Source: Macrostomum lignano
Taxonomy: Eukaryota
Assembly (NCBI GenBank): GCA_002269645.1
Contig: NIVC01003500.1
Location: 30,703-94,702 of the forward strand
Direction: 5' to 3'
DNA: 64,000 bases
In this document: positions 33,893 to 46,815 of the stretch, in pieces
Position numbering within the stretch: position 1 is the first letter of the stretch
Layout: each line of letters opens with the position of its first letter
The notes under the pieces: generated by a model
What the model was told of the DNA's origin: nothing
Database searches by the model: none
Seen by the model: only the letters and a program-made list of their open reading frames with translations
Program-made: the position numbers and the translations under genes

Positions 33893-35676
33893 GCTGGCTG
33901 CAGTGCGGTATTGCGGATGCGAGGGCTCGGGATGAGGCAGTCGGCAGAAATCCTGCATGCAGTAAAATTTATCACTGCTCCCGTTGTTGAGCTCAATCGC
34001 CCCTAGCAACCAGCTGTTGTCCAAGCCATCAGCTCAGACTGCAGCCACCTCAGCCTCTCCGACGCCCTGTGCTGCGGATGAGCAGCAAAATTTGCCAAGT
34101 GGGGAAGGCGGGCGCCGTTCCGCATGTTGGTGGCGCGGAGCTGCAAAGCTGTTAGAGTGCGGATGCACCCTAATTGCCTGCTCTCTCCATCGAGCAGCCC
34201 ACAGAACTGGAATGGTGAGGATTTTGATTCCAGCTCATTCGTGTCGAGCACATTATGTGCTTCATAATCCCATGTATCTATGGTACCTTTACTTTCAGGA
34301 CACAGAAATCTCATTAATTGAAGCTGTATTATCCGCAAAGAATCGCAAAAACTATGATATCATCTCAACAGGATCATCTCATCTCTTAATCTTCCAACAT
34401 TAGAAGACTAAGATCCAAATCTTCCAGTGATTTTTGCGCATCTATAGATACATTTTTATTACATTAATCTATTTTTTTGTTTTTACTGCACTGCATAACT
34501 GTACAATCGTTGCGCAACAAGAAACGAGATGAATGCTGAAGATCAGATTGCAGATCAGATCAGGCTGCATCTCTGCGGACAAGTGCACTGAGTGGTTCAA
34601 CCATGTGTTTACATACGTCTTTCGCTGCCTTGGTGGACAGGCAATTGATGGTTAGGTGTGGCCAACTGACAATGTCTTGTTCCTGTTTTTCATTTTACTC
34701 TTGTGTTAGTCCTTTTGTTGTGTTTTTATCTCGTGAGTCTCTGTCGAAATAGAATGTGACTTTGTTTCTTTTGAGTTTCAAGTTTGCGCATGCGCGTCAC
34801 TCGGGGACAGATTTGGCCACAGACAGTCGGAATTGAAGTTCTTCTGTTTCAATAGAAAGGCACTTTGTTTGAATTGAATTTCCGAAAGGGCTGTTATTTC
34901 TTAAAGTGTTTGAATTGAAGTTCTGCTTGTTTCTTTTGAATAAGACTGTTCAAAATAGGAGGTGAAATGGTGTAATATATGATGCATTTGAAGATTTGAA
35001 TATACAAGAACTTAAAGTAACGTGCCTTCAAAAAACGGTTAAACATTGATATTATATATTACAGACAAGTTATTTATTTTAATAGCATAGCTTACACTTT
35101 AGCAAAGATTCCGATACAGGCAGATGGACATGCAGACTCGCTCACAGCTGCTATACAAAGGTGCAGAGCATGCGAACTTAGACCGAATTATTATCAGCGA
35201 TTAAATGAAGACAGAAAGCGCTCGCATGCGCATCAGTACAGTAACGCAGTCCGCTCGGATTTGTTCTAACAAAACAGACACAAAAAGCAGCCGAGCAAAA
35301 CTGGCATCATGTGACTGTACGATCTGCTTTTGCGAGAGAAACTCAATTTGAAAAAAAAACTATGCAGTTGAAACCTCAGCAAAGGTCAAATAAGGTACAA
35401 ATGTGCAACAGGCGCAAGTTAATAATAGTGCAGTGATTTTCACAGTTCTGCATGTACTACAGTTTTTTGATTAATAATTGGGAGCGAACTCAGAGGGCTG
35501 ACCTCGAGTATCACAGCTGACAGCGCCACAGCAAACCCGTCAGTCCGTGTGCATTCAACCAGGAATTCTTCAGCTAATATTACATTTACGATTAACACTG
35601 AAGCGTCACAGAAGTGTCAAATTTGTAGTTAACCCTGAAACTGACGTCAAGTAGACACCGACTCGAACCCGCGACC

Positions 35677-36473
35677 TCAGGCCGAATCGCCCGACGAAGG
35701 CGACCCGATGCCGACTCGACTGGACGCCCGACTGTGGCTCTGACCGCCCACCGAGGCGCCGGCTGCGGCTCCGCTGGTTGACCCGGAGCGGGAAGCGCAG
35801 CCGGAAGCGGCTGCCGCGGCGGCAGTGGCGATGCGCAGCAGCTCGCGCAGGGTGGCGTTCTCCGTCCGCAGCCGGGTCAGGTCCTCCTCCAGCTGGGTGA
35901 CGTGATCGTCCTCGCGGCGCAGGGCCTCGCGCATCACGCAGGCCATCTCCTGCACCTTCTCCTGCGCGCGTGTCAAGTGGGATTGGCTTGGAGTAAAATT
36001 TATATTTAAATTCAATTCGAACTGGAACTCGAAATCCCAAACTCGCGAGCTCAAATCCCTACCTGCAGCGCCAGAGTCGCCGTGGACTCCCTGCTGGCCG
36101 CAAGCGCCGGCTGCTGCCTGGCCGCCAGGTCGACCTCCTCGCTGCGCCTCATCTGCTCCCTGTACTTGTTCATGAGCACCTCCATGAAGGTCTGATGCTC
36201 CTCAAGCGACAGCCGCAGTTCGGCATTCTCGGCCTCGAGCTCCTTCACCCGCTTGTTCTCGGCTGCGATGGACACCAGCAGGCGCGCGCGGGGCCGCTTG
36301 CAGGCCGCCAGCTCGGACAGCTGGCACACGTCCTCCTGGTACTGGCGCTGGCCCTCCATGCGCTTCTTCAGCGCCTCCGCCTTGCCGATCAGCGAGTCCG
36401 CGGCCTCCTCCCGGGACTGCAGCCGGCCGGCCAGCTGGCGGGCCTCCAGGAGCAGCGACTCCAGGCTGGACAT
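35677..36473 (-). CDS. FGFR1OP2: FGFR1 oncogene partner 2 / SIKE1 family coiled-coil protein (STRIPAK component); 2 exons, ~231 aa
   Basis: Exons 36473-36063 and 35961-35677, phase 0. MSSLESLLLEARQLAGRL...AADSLI.KAEALKKR.E..RQYQED...RPRARLL..I..EN.R.KELEAEN.ELR.SLEEHQ..ME..M.KYREQM, then EKVQEMACVMREAL...L..EN..LRELL, matching the recalled human FGFR1OP2 pattern. Confidence 0.9.
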
Positions 36474-36581
36474 GTCAGCTGGGCTGAGATTGACAGCAAA
36501 TGGGGAATTGGGAATTGCAGGGCGAACTGGCAGCGCTGGGGTGCAGCCTCTGCAATGCGGGGTGGCAGCTGGCAATGACTC

Positions 36582-39010
36582 TCAGCTAGATGTGCCTGAC
36601 TCTGCTAGATGTGCCTGACTCTCTGCTAGATGTGCCTGACTCTCTGCTTGATCTGTCTGACTCTCTGCTAGATGTGTCTGACTCTGCTAGATGTGCCTAA
36701 CTCTCTGCTAGATGTGTCTGACTCTCTGCTAGATGTGCCTGACTCTGCTAGATGTGCCTGACTCTGCTAGATGTGCCTGACTCTGCTAGATGTGCCTGAC
36801 TCTGCTAGATGTGCCTGACTCTGCTAGATGTGCCTGACTCTCTGCTTGATCTGTCTGACTCTCTGCTAGATGTGTCTGACTCTCTGCTAGATCTGTCTGA
36901 CTCTGCTAGATGTGCCTGACTCTCTGATAGATGTGCCTGACTCTGCTAGATGTGCCTGACTCTCTGATAGATGTGCCTGACTCTGATAGATGTGTCTGAC
37001 TCTCTGCTAGATCTGTCTGACTCTGCTAGATGTGCCTGACTCTGCTAGATGTGCCTGACTCTCTGCTAGATGTGCCTGACTCTCTGCTAGATGTGCCTGA
37101 CTCTGCTAGATGTGCCTGACTCTCTGCTAGATGTGCCTGACTCTGCTAGATGTGCCTGACTCTCTGCTAGATGTGCCTGACTCTCTGCTAGATGTGCCTG
37201 ACCCTCTACTAGATCTGTCTGACTCTCTGCTAGATGTGCCTGACCCTCTGCTAGATCTGTCTGACTCTCTGCTAGATCTGCCTGACTCTCTGCTAGATGT
37301 GCCTGACTCTCTGCTAGATGTGCCTGACTCTCTGCTAGATGTGCCTGACTCTGCTAGATGTGCCTGACTCTCTGATAGATGTGCCTGACTCTCTGCTAGA
37401 TGTGTCTGACTCTCTGCTAGATGTGCCTGATTCTGCTAGATGTGCCTGACTCGCTGCTTGATCTGTCTGACTCTCTGCTAGATGTGTATGACTCTCTGCA
37501 AGATCTGTCTGTCTCTGCTAGATGTGCCTGACTCTCTGATAGATGTGCCTGACTCTCTGCTTGATCTGTCTGACTCTCTGCTAGATGTGCCTGACTCTGC
37601 TAGATGTGCCTGACTCTGCTAGATGTGCCTGACTCTCTGCTAGATCTGTCTGACTCTCTGCTAGATCTGCCTGACTCTCTGCTAGATCCGCCTGACTCTC
37701 TGCTAGATGTGCCTGACTCTCTGCTAGATGTGCCTGACTCTCTGCTAGATGTGCCTGACTCTGCTAGATGTGCCTGACTCTGCTAGATGTGCCTGACTCT
37801 GCTAGATGTGCCTGACTCTGCTAGATGTGCCTGACTCTCTGCTTGATCTGTCTGACTCTCTGCTAGATGTGCCTGACTCTCTGCTAGATGTTCCTGACTC
37901 TGCTAGATGTGCCTGACTCTGCTAGATGTGCCTGACTCTGCTAGATGTGCCTGACTCTGCTAGATGTGCCTGACTCTCTGCTAGATGTGCCTGACTCTCT
38001 GCTAGATGTGCCTGACTCTGCTAGATGTGCCTGACTCTCTGCTAGATGTGCCTGACTCTCTGCTAGATGTGCCTGACTCTCTGCTAGACCTGCCTGACTC
38101 TGCTAGATCTGCCTGACTCTCTGCTAGACCTGCCTGACTCTGCTAGATCTGCTTGACTCTCTGCTAGATGCTAGATGTGCCTGACTCTGCTAGATCTATC
38201 TGACTCTGCTAGATCTGTCTGACTCTCTGCTAGATGTGCCTGACTCTCTGCTAGATGTTCCTGACTCTGCTAGATGTGCCTGACTCTGCTAGATGTGCCT
38301 GACTCTGCTAGATGTGCCTGACTCTGCTAGATGTGCCTGACTCTGCTAGATGTGCCTGACTCTCTGCTAGATGTGCCTGACTCTCTGCTAGATGTGCCTG
38401 ACTCTGCTAGATGTGCCTGACTCTCTGCTAGATGTGCCTGACTCTCTGCTAGATGTGCCTGACTCTCTGCTAGACCTGCCTGACTCTGCTAGATCTGCCT
38501 GACTCTCTGCTAGACCTGCCTGACTCTGCTAGATCTGCCTGACTCTCTGCTAGATGCTAGATGTGCCTGACTCTGCTAGATCTATCTGACTCTGCTAGAT
38601 CTGTCTGACTCTGCTAGATCTGCCTGAATCTCTGCTAGATCTGCCTGACTCTGCTAGATCTGCCTGAATCTCTACTAGATCTGCCTGACTCTGCTAGATG
38701 TGCCTGAATCTCTGCTAGATCTGTCTGACTCTGCTAGATCTGCCTGAATCTCTGCTAGATCTGCCTGAATCTCTGCTAGATCTGTCTGACTCTGCTAGAT
38801 GTGCCTGAATCTCTGCTAAATCTGTTTGACTCTGCCAGATCTGCCTGAATCTCTGCTAGATCTGCCTGACTCTGCTAGATCTGCCTGAATCTCTGCTAGA
38901 TCTGCCTGAATCTCTGCTAGATCTGCCTGACTCTGCCAGATCTGCCTGAATCTCTGCTAGATCTGCCTGAATCTCTGCTAGATCTGCCTGAATCTCTGCT
39001 AGATCTGCCT
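36582..39010. repeat. 19/21-bp mixed minisatellite, ~2.4 kb, between the AP1AR-like and FGFR1OP2 genes
   Basis: CTAGATGTGCCTGACTCTG (19) and CTAGATGTGCCTGACTCTCTG (21), grading to GATCTGCCTGAATCTCT at the right end. Confidence 0.96.
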
Positions 39011-39529
39011 GACAAAAATCTGACAAAAAAGCAAAATGAGAAGTCAATATCACATTACGCAATAAACATGATGTTTCAACTGGCCAGTCAGTCAGCACCC
39101 GTACTTTTTCAGTGGACTTTTTCAACCTCGAGCAGACCGGAACTGGACAGCTGCAGAAGACATCAGACTCGCATTAATAATTCATTAAATTCTCTCTGGA
39201 TGATAATTTAAAAAGGACAAAATTTTGACTAGACAGACAGGCAATGAGTTATGGCGCACAAGCTGCAGTGTTATGCATACATATATTATACTGTAGTAAT
39301 AATTAATACCACAGCTAAGCAACCGCATTGAGTTACAATAGAGTTAAATATTTCAAATACTGACAGAGCAGCAAAGGACGCACAATACTCGGAGTAAAGG
39401 TTTGAAAAAAGACAATTGCAGGCCAATTAATATTTGTATATTAATAATAGGTCTGCATAATGAACAAATAAAAATTAAACATTCTAGACTAGAAACTCAA
39501 GACTGCGTCCAGCTGTCACTCCACAGAGC

Positions 39530-42500
39530 TCACAGCTCCGCCGGCTCAAGCGGGAGCCGTATCGGCCGTCGGCCGCCGCCAAAACTTGCCGCCGCGTTAG
39601 CCGGCGCGGAAGCCGCCAAGGAGCCACCGCGGCCGCCGAAGCCGCCGGTATCGAACTCGTGGCTCCACTCCAGCTCGTCCGCCTCGGCCGGTAGCAGCAG
39701 CTGCTCGCCAGGGGCCTCCGCCAGCGAGCCGCTCAGGCCGGCCGCCTCCGCCGCCGTCTGGCCGGGGAACAGGTCGAAGTCCGCGGCCGCCTCCGCCGCC
39801 TCAGCGGCCTCCACCTCGGCCTCGGCCTCCCTGGCGAGGGCTCGGGCGGTCAGGTCCTCCTCGGTGGCCGAGCGGAGCATCAGGTTGGAGCGGCGCAGGC
39901 TGCTGAGCATCTCTGCGGGGATGAAGCAATGTGTCCGTGATTCTGGAGCGATAATCATCAGTGATTCTATGGCGATAATCATCAGTGATTCTATGGCGAT
40001 AATCATCAGTGATTCTAGGGCGATAATCATCAGTGATTCTAGGGCGATAATCATAACTGATTCTAAGGTGATAATCATCAGTGATTCTAGGGCGATAATC
40101 ATAACTGATTCTAGGGCGATAATCATCAGTGATTCTATGGCGATAATCATCACTGATTCTAAGGTGATAATCATCAGTGATTCTAGGGCGATAATCATAA
40201 CTGATTCTAGGGCGATAATCATCAGTGATTCTATGGCGATAATCATCACTGATTCTATGGTGATAATCATCAGTGATTCTAGGGCGATAATCATAACTGA
40301 TTCTATGGCGATAATCATCACTGATTCTATGGTGATAATCATCACTGATTCTATGGTGATAATCATCAGTGATTCTAGGGCGATAATCATAACTGATTCT
40401 ATGGCGATAATCATCACTGATTCTATGGTGATAATCATCACTGATTCTATGGCGATAATCATCACTGATTCTATGGTGATAATCATCAGTGATTCTAGGG
40501 CGATAATCATAACTGATTCTATGGCGATAATCATCACTGATTCTATGGTGATAATCATCACTGATTCTATGGTGATAATCATCACTGATTCTATGGTGAT
40601 AATCATCAGTGATTCTAGGGCGATAATCATAACTGATTCTATGGCGATAATCATCACTGATTCTATGGTGATAATCATCACTGATTCTATGGTGATAATC
40701 ATCAGTGATTCTAGGGCGATAATCATAACTGATTCTATGGCGATAATCATAACTGATTCTATGGCGATAATCATCACTGATTCTATGGTGATAATCATCA
40801 CTGATTCTATGGCGATAATCATCACTGATTCTATGGTGATAATCATCAGTGATTCTAGGGCGATAATCATAACTGATTCTATGGCGATAATCATCACTGA
40901 TTCTATGGTGATAATCATCACTGATTCTATGGTGATAATCATCAGTGATTCTAGGGCGATAATCATAACTGATTCTATGGCGATAATCATAACTGATTCT
41001 ATGGTGATAATCATCACTGATTCTATGGTGATAATCATCAGTGATTCTAGGGCGATAATCATAACTGATTCTATGGCGATAATCATCACTGATTCTATGG
41101 TGATAATCATCACTGATTCTATGGTGATAATCATCAGTGATTCTAGGGCGATAATCATAACTGATTCTATGGCGATAATCATAACTGATTCTATGGTGAT
41201 AATCATCACTGATTCTATGGTGATAATCATCAGTGATTCTATGGCGATAATCATCACTGATTCTATGGTGATAATCATTAGTGATTCTCTAGGGTTTCAA
41301 ATCGCGGAGGGATGAGGCGATAAGTAGAAGGCAAACTCACCAGGCTCGTGGTCCCAGTCCAGGTCCAGCGAGCGCCTCTCGTCGCTATCAGCTGAAGCGG
41401 GTTGAATTGAAATGCGCCAGTTTCATTTAATCAGCCACACAGCAGGTAGTTAAGGTAAACAGAGCAGTTGCTAAGCAGACCAGCTGAATGAGCTCACTGG
41501 GACTCAGCTGACCGGCAGCTGAACTGCCGCGCAGTCGGGCCTCGGATCCGACTCTCTGCTGCTGCTGCAGGCGCTGTTGCCATGGAAACCGCTGCTCATT
41601 GCCGCCGCCAATCAGTGGACGGACCGAGGCGGCCACTTCGTCTGTCGCGGAGACGGCCGGGTCGAAGCTGCCTTCGACTCTGAGGGCCTCCTCCTGGTCG
41701 GACAGCTGGCGGGTGGGTAAGCGATGACGGAAGTAGATTTGCAGGGAGGCTGGCTGCCCAGCAACGGAGGATCTGGAAGACTGGCCAAGCAACTGGGGAT
41801 CTGGGAGGCTGGTCCGGCAACTGGGGATCTGGGAGGCTAGAACCCAGCAACTGAGGATCTGGGAGGCTGGCCCAGCAACTGAGGATCAGGGAGGCTGGCC
41901 AAGCAACTGAAGATCTGGGAGGCTGGCACAGCAACTGGGGATTTGGGAGGCTGGCCCAGAAACTGAGAATTTAAAAGGCTGTCTGCCCAACAACCGAGGT
42001 TCTGAGAGGGTGGCCCAGGTTATTGGAGTGGCAGGCAAACAGTTAATCTGAATAAAGCAAAATCACAGCCAAAGATTTGATTAAAAGAAAACAAAATACA
42101 AAACGGCAACACTGATAACGAAAATTAAAAACAAATCAACACAGAAGATGAAAACCAGAGTTGCAAGCAAAACCAACTCAGCCTTCACTGACCGGTGAAA
42201 ATAAATCACAGAACCTCTACTGAAAACCCCGAATCCGCTAGCAAAGGAGGATGATTGGGGATGGCGAAATCGGTAGGGCAGGGGGAGAAGCAGGGCTCAG
42301 AAGCCGGAGCCACCTTGTAGAACTCGTGTACGAATCGGCGGCTGCCGCAGCGCCTTCCAGACCAGCCCTCAAAAGACTGGTCGTCGGAGTCGCAGTGGCT
42401 GCCAACACTACTGCAAGTAGCAGCAGCCGCAGCGGCGGCTGAGGAGCCCCCAGAGGCGGCCGCAACGCTGCTCGGCGGCAGCGCCGTGGAGCGAAGGTTA

Positions 42501-44802
42501 AACAGTAGGGCAGCGGACGAGGTGGAGGAGGCTGAGACAGTTGATGAAGGAGGCGGCGAGGTGCGAGGCGCCTCGAAGACGGCTGGCGTGGCGGGGTACA
42601 AGAGGATGACATCCTCGTCAGCGGTGTCGTCGGTGGCGAGCTCGTCGGAGCCGCAGTCGGACGCCGGGTGCAGCCGGTGGCAGCGGCGGCGGCGCCGTCG
42701 TGTCTTGGGGATCAGGCAGCGGATCTCCTCGCTGGCGGCGTAGCAGTCGCTGGGATATTTTTTGGGGATGGGGATGGCGATTTTCCATGGGTAAAGAGGG
42801 GCGATTTTCATGGGTAAAGAGGGGCGATTTTCCATGGGTAAAGAGGGGCGATTTTCCATGGGTAAAGAGGGCAATTTTCCATGGGTAAAGAGGGCGATTT
42901 TCCATTGGTAAAAAGGACGATTTTCCAACAGTAAAGAGAGCGGTTTTTCATGGGCAAAGAGGGTGATTTTTCATGGGCAAAGAGGGCGATTTTTTATGGG
43001 TAAAGAGGGTGTTTTCCATGGGCAAAGGGGCGATTTTCCATGGGTAAAGAGGGTGATTTTCTATGGGTAAAGAGGGCGATTTTCCATGGGTAAAGAGGGC
43101 GATTTTCCATGGGTGAAGAGGATGATTTTTCATGGCTGGAGAGGATGATTTTTCATGGCTGGAGAGGACGATTTTCTCTAAAAAGATTTGCTGTGTGCGG
43201 GACGATGTTTCTTTGATGACTAACGGACACTTTTCTTTCTCTATAATAAAAACTGCAATTTTCGATTGAATCTCAATTTCCAACTGTTTTTTAAGCAGAG
43301 ACTCTTTAGACGGGGGCATTAGGATTCAGCAAAGCATTGCATGCTAACGGAATACACAATTATCAGTTGGTAGCAAAATAACAAAGCCTCAGCTGCTAAT
43401 ATTCACACAGACAACACTGCTAGTAAATCAAAAGTACTACATGCACTTTGTTGATACTGACAGCAAGGATAATAACTAATCCCAGTGATGACGGATAAGC
43501 TACTGGACTCCCCAGCTGCTCAGAACCTTGCAGTATCTTGCATAATAAAAAGCACAAAACTAATGCTGTTAAATTGAAGGGCCACACGGCACAACAGCAA
43601 CAACACGGAACAAAGCAGCAAGCTGAACTGAAGGCGTCGCAGCTTTACCCATCGCATGTAATTCGTGACGCTGAACGGCACGGAGCTCCTGGGCTGATGC
43701 TGGGCGTCAACCACTGGGTCGCTGCTGCGATTGCAATGCGCAGGGCGGGAGGGGATTCGGTTTCAAAACAGAAGCCTGAGCGGCTAACCGCAAGGGCGGG
43801 AGGGGATTCGGTTTCAAAACAGAAGCCTGAGCGGCTAACCGCAAGGGCGGGAGGGGATTCGGTTTCAAAACAGAAGCCTGAGCGGCTAACCGCAAGGGCG
43901 GGAGGGGATTCGGTTTCAAAACAGAAGCCTGAGCGGCTAACCGCAAGGGCGGGAGGGGATTCGGTTTCAAAACAGAAGCCTGAGCGGCTAACCGCAAGGG
44001 CGGGAGGGGATTCGGTTTCAAAACAGAAGCCTGAGCGGCTAACCGCAAGGGCGGGAGGGATTCGGTTTCAAAACAGAAGCCTGAGCGGCTAACCGCAAGG
44101 GCGGGAGGGGATTCGGTTTCAAAACAGAAGCCTGAGCGGCTAACCGCAAGGGCGGGAGGGGATTCGGTTTCAATTCCAGTAATAATTCATGAACATACAG
44201 GTCGATTAGATAACCTGAGAGAGCGGATGAGATTTTTTTGGCATTTAATTTCGGCGACGAAGGTCCCACAACCCTTGCTTTCTAATCGTCAAGAATGTAC
44301 ACTCTGTGTTTTGGGGGTTGGCCCTCAGGGTCGTTCTGCCCCTCCCCCCTTCCTGAGGACTGAGGAGAGGAAGAGCAGAGGGAGAAGCTGCAGCGACCAG
44401 TTTGGAGTCTGTCGGCCAGCCAGACCCGAAAGCAACTCACGCAGCAAGCGCAAAGTCGTCCAGAACGCCCTGCAAATGCGATTGAGATGGGGCAGCCAAT
44501 GAGTGCCACTCAAATACAATGGCATGAGCAATGCAAAAACAGGTTACTCAGCAAATGCAGAGAGCAACTCACATCGTTGACATCAATGAGATCGTTGAAC
44601 TCGATGGAGTTGCCGCGGCCCCCAACTCGCCGGTTTTTGGATTTCAAAGCCCGCCTTAAAGGGAGCGCAGCAGGATTGCTCAAGAGAAGAATCAAAAAGC
44701 GATTTGTCGCCCAAATGAATAGTTTTTAAATTTGTTAACTTACCTGGCACGGATGTAATAAAAATATCGCTGGCATTTTCTGCATGACAGGCAGGAGCCC
44801 AT
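39530..44802 (-). CDS. AP1AR: AP-1 complex-associated regulatory protein (gadkin/gamma-BAR)-like; 7 exons, ~408 aa
   Basis: Exons 44802-44744, 44469-44441, 43724-43649, 42749-42314, 41705-41513, 41391-41341, 39912-39530; all GT-AG, phases consistent, total 1227 nt. N-terminus MGSCLSCRKC (cf. gadkin MGNCCWTQC). LSDQEEALRVE (cf. LALQEEKLRLEE), SLDLDWDHEPEM....RSATEEDL (cf. SLDLEWEDEEGM..RSKTEEDIL) and ELEWSHEF (cf. GLEWENDF). Human motifs are recalled, not aligned by software. Confidence 0.72.
39950..41288. repeat. 24-bp minisatellite filling the last AP1AR-like intron
   Basis: ATGGCGATAATCATCACTGATTCT, about 55 copies. Source of the spurious 637-aa and 582-aa ORFs. Confidence 0.96.
41750..41965. 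repeat. 28-bp minisatellite in an AP1AR-like intron; reverse complement of the SPATA20 intron-3 repeat
   Basis: CCCAGCAACTGAGGATCTGGGAGGCTGG is the reverse complement of CCAGCCTCCCAGATCCTCAGTTGCTGGG. Confidence 0.88.
42775..43170. repeat. 23/24-bp minisatellite in an AP1AR-like intron
   Basis: GGGCGATTTTCCATGGGTAAAGA units. Confidence 0.9.
43740..44172. repeat. 51-bp minisatellite in an AP1AR-like intron
   Basis: GCAAGGGCGGGAGGGGATTCGGTTTCAAAACAGAAGCCTGAGCGGCTAACC, about 8.5 near-identical copies. Confidence 0.95.
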
Positions 44803-46079
44803 TCGGCAGCCTGGAATGTTTTTTGTTTATCTGGTAACGTTTGTTTGAATGCATTGGCGGTGTGTACTTTATTAAGTTACTTGATTGGCTGGCCAGGGTG
44901 TTAGCAATTTTTTATTTTTATTGTTCCAAGTTCAGGTCATTTTTTCAGAAAACAGTTCATTAGTTAAATAAATAAATATTTCAGGTTTGTTCTTTATTTT
45001 ATTCTTCTACTGTTGGTTAAGCAAGTTACTCACAGGAAAACTATTTAGTTGAAGGTTCAATAATCATTGGGAAAATTCTTTGTAATGTTTGTATAAATTA
45101 AATGCAAAATAAGACACAAAGGTCTATCATACTACTTTGAATACTTTTGAATACATCCCATCTTGATATTATTTGAGCGGTCATGTAGGTTTTACAATTG
45201 TTTAAATAGCTATTTTATGCAAACTGGAGAAGTTTTGCAACAATGTTCTGTATGCCATGTTTCCCTATTAGTTTAAACAAAACTAAGCTTACACAGGTTG
45301 ATTGGGTTAGGAAATTCTAAAAATTGAACCTAGTGCAGCAAGGACCCTTTTATTACAGCAATCAAAACCTTAGATGAGAAAACCAAGGACTTGATTAGGA
45401 CTAGTTTAAAATATGAAAAAATGCTATAGCCATGGAATTATTAAAATAAGACTATAAATAGCAAAATGATTTTATAATAACTCCCAAATTGTCAAGCATA
45501 AGGCTATATGTTGCTGATTAGATTGACATATTCTATTTTGTCATGTGTAAGATAAATGCCTGCATAACTGAAAACATGACATCTACTTGTTTGAAAATGC
45601 AAAACTGATAGACCCTTCATAACCAAGAAAATATGATGCCTCAGTTCCCTTAATGCAGGTATAGTCTGATTCCTATTAACTTGAATTTGAAAATCCACAC
45701 ATTTTAACTGAGCCATCTATTATCTCTACAAACAACCATGAAATGTGGTTAAAAGGCACAGCAGCCTAAGGAAGCATAGATTGAGACCAAATATTTTATC
45801 TTTAAGGTTGGGTGATAGAGCCCCCTTATCAGTCATCATTCAATTTTACAGTGGAACCTACAAGTCTATTCCAACATCTCAATGATATATCAATTTCAAC
45901 ATAAGAAGTTATAGTAGGGCATAGTTTAGGAATGGGGCAGATATACTTTTACACTACTATTAGTAGTTTTAGCCAGGGGAATATTCTTGGGGTTAAGTTG
46001 CAAATTTGTGGCTTCCTTATAATTAGCAAGCAGTTGAGGCTCAGGGAAAGGCTCAAGAATCTAAGTTAGCACAATACCA

Positions 46080-46815
46080 AAGCCTATTGACAATAAAGTT
46101 AAAATTAGCCAATATGCAGATGATCTGTCAGTATGGGCATCTGCCAGGAAGTCTACTATGTCAGCCAAAAGGTTGAATGACTACTTCCTCCAACTAAAGA
46201 GGTGGCTAGATGCTGTTGGCATAACTATCAATACCTCCAAGAGCAAAACAATTTCCTTCTTTAAGGCCAGAGGTAACAAGACTGGTCCAGACAATCCCCC
46301 AGTGAAGCTTGGGCACAGCAGTATCAGATACTACAATTCTGTCACCTTCCTTGGGATGGTCCTTGACAAGCATCTTAATTTCAAGATTCATGTGGACAAG
46401 GTTGTTGGTGCCACTACCAACAAGGCTGCTGCCTTAGCCAGGATAACCAAGAACTCCAGGATTTCCCAGCATGGGTTACACCTGATATACAGGTTGTACA
46501 TCAAGAGTGCCATAACTTACGGTGTGCCAGCCCTGCTAAACCTGTCTGACTTCCAGGTCAACAGGATTCAACTGCTTCAAAAAAGAGATTTACATATCTT
46601 GCTTGATGCCTCACCTTACATTAAGATATCTTACATGTACCTAGTCACCAAGATGCCCATGATTAAAGATTGGCTACTTAGCTTAGAAAAGAAATAGTTT
46701 TAAAAAGCCCTAGACAGCAGAGTGCACAATTTCAAAGAAGACACAAAAGAATGGCTGAGACCTAGTCACCGGGTCCCAGTCATCACTACCTTGAGGAAAA
46801 GGATTAATGCTTAGA
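46080..46815 (+). pseudogene. Non-LTR retrotransposon (LINE) reverse transcriptase C-terminal remnant
   Basis: KISQYADDLSVW (YADD at ~46113-46124)...LKRWLDAVGITINTSKSKTI.F...IRYYNSVTFLGMVLDKHLNFKIHVDKV...LIYRLYIKSAITYGVP...IQLLQK; stops at 46695 onward. Confidence 0.85.

Noticed and set aside
36195-36618. Plus-strand ORFs over FGFR1OP2
   Set aside because: Antisense shadows of a GC-rich exon.
39402-41315. 637-aa (+) and 582-aa (-) ORFs
   Set aside because: Translations of a 24-bp intronic minisatellite. Only the last ~127 codons on the minus strand are real exon.
44736-44752. ACTTACCTGGCA resembling the U1 snRNA 5' end
   Set aside because: The downstream sequence lacks U1 stem-loops and an Sm site. 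It is the reverse complement of a perfect donor (CAG|GTAAGT) ending exon 1 of the minus-strand AP1AR-like gene.
45500-45900. Possible inverted LINE endonuclease fragment on the minus strand
   Set aside because: Only faint resemblance with many stops; not supportable by eye.
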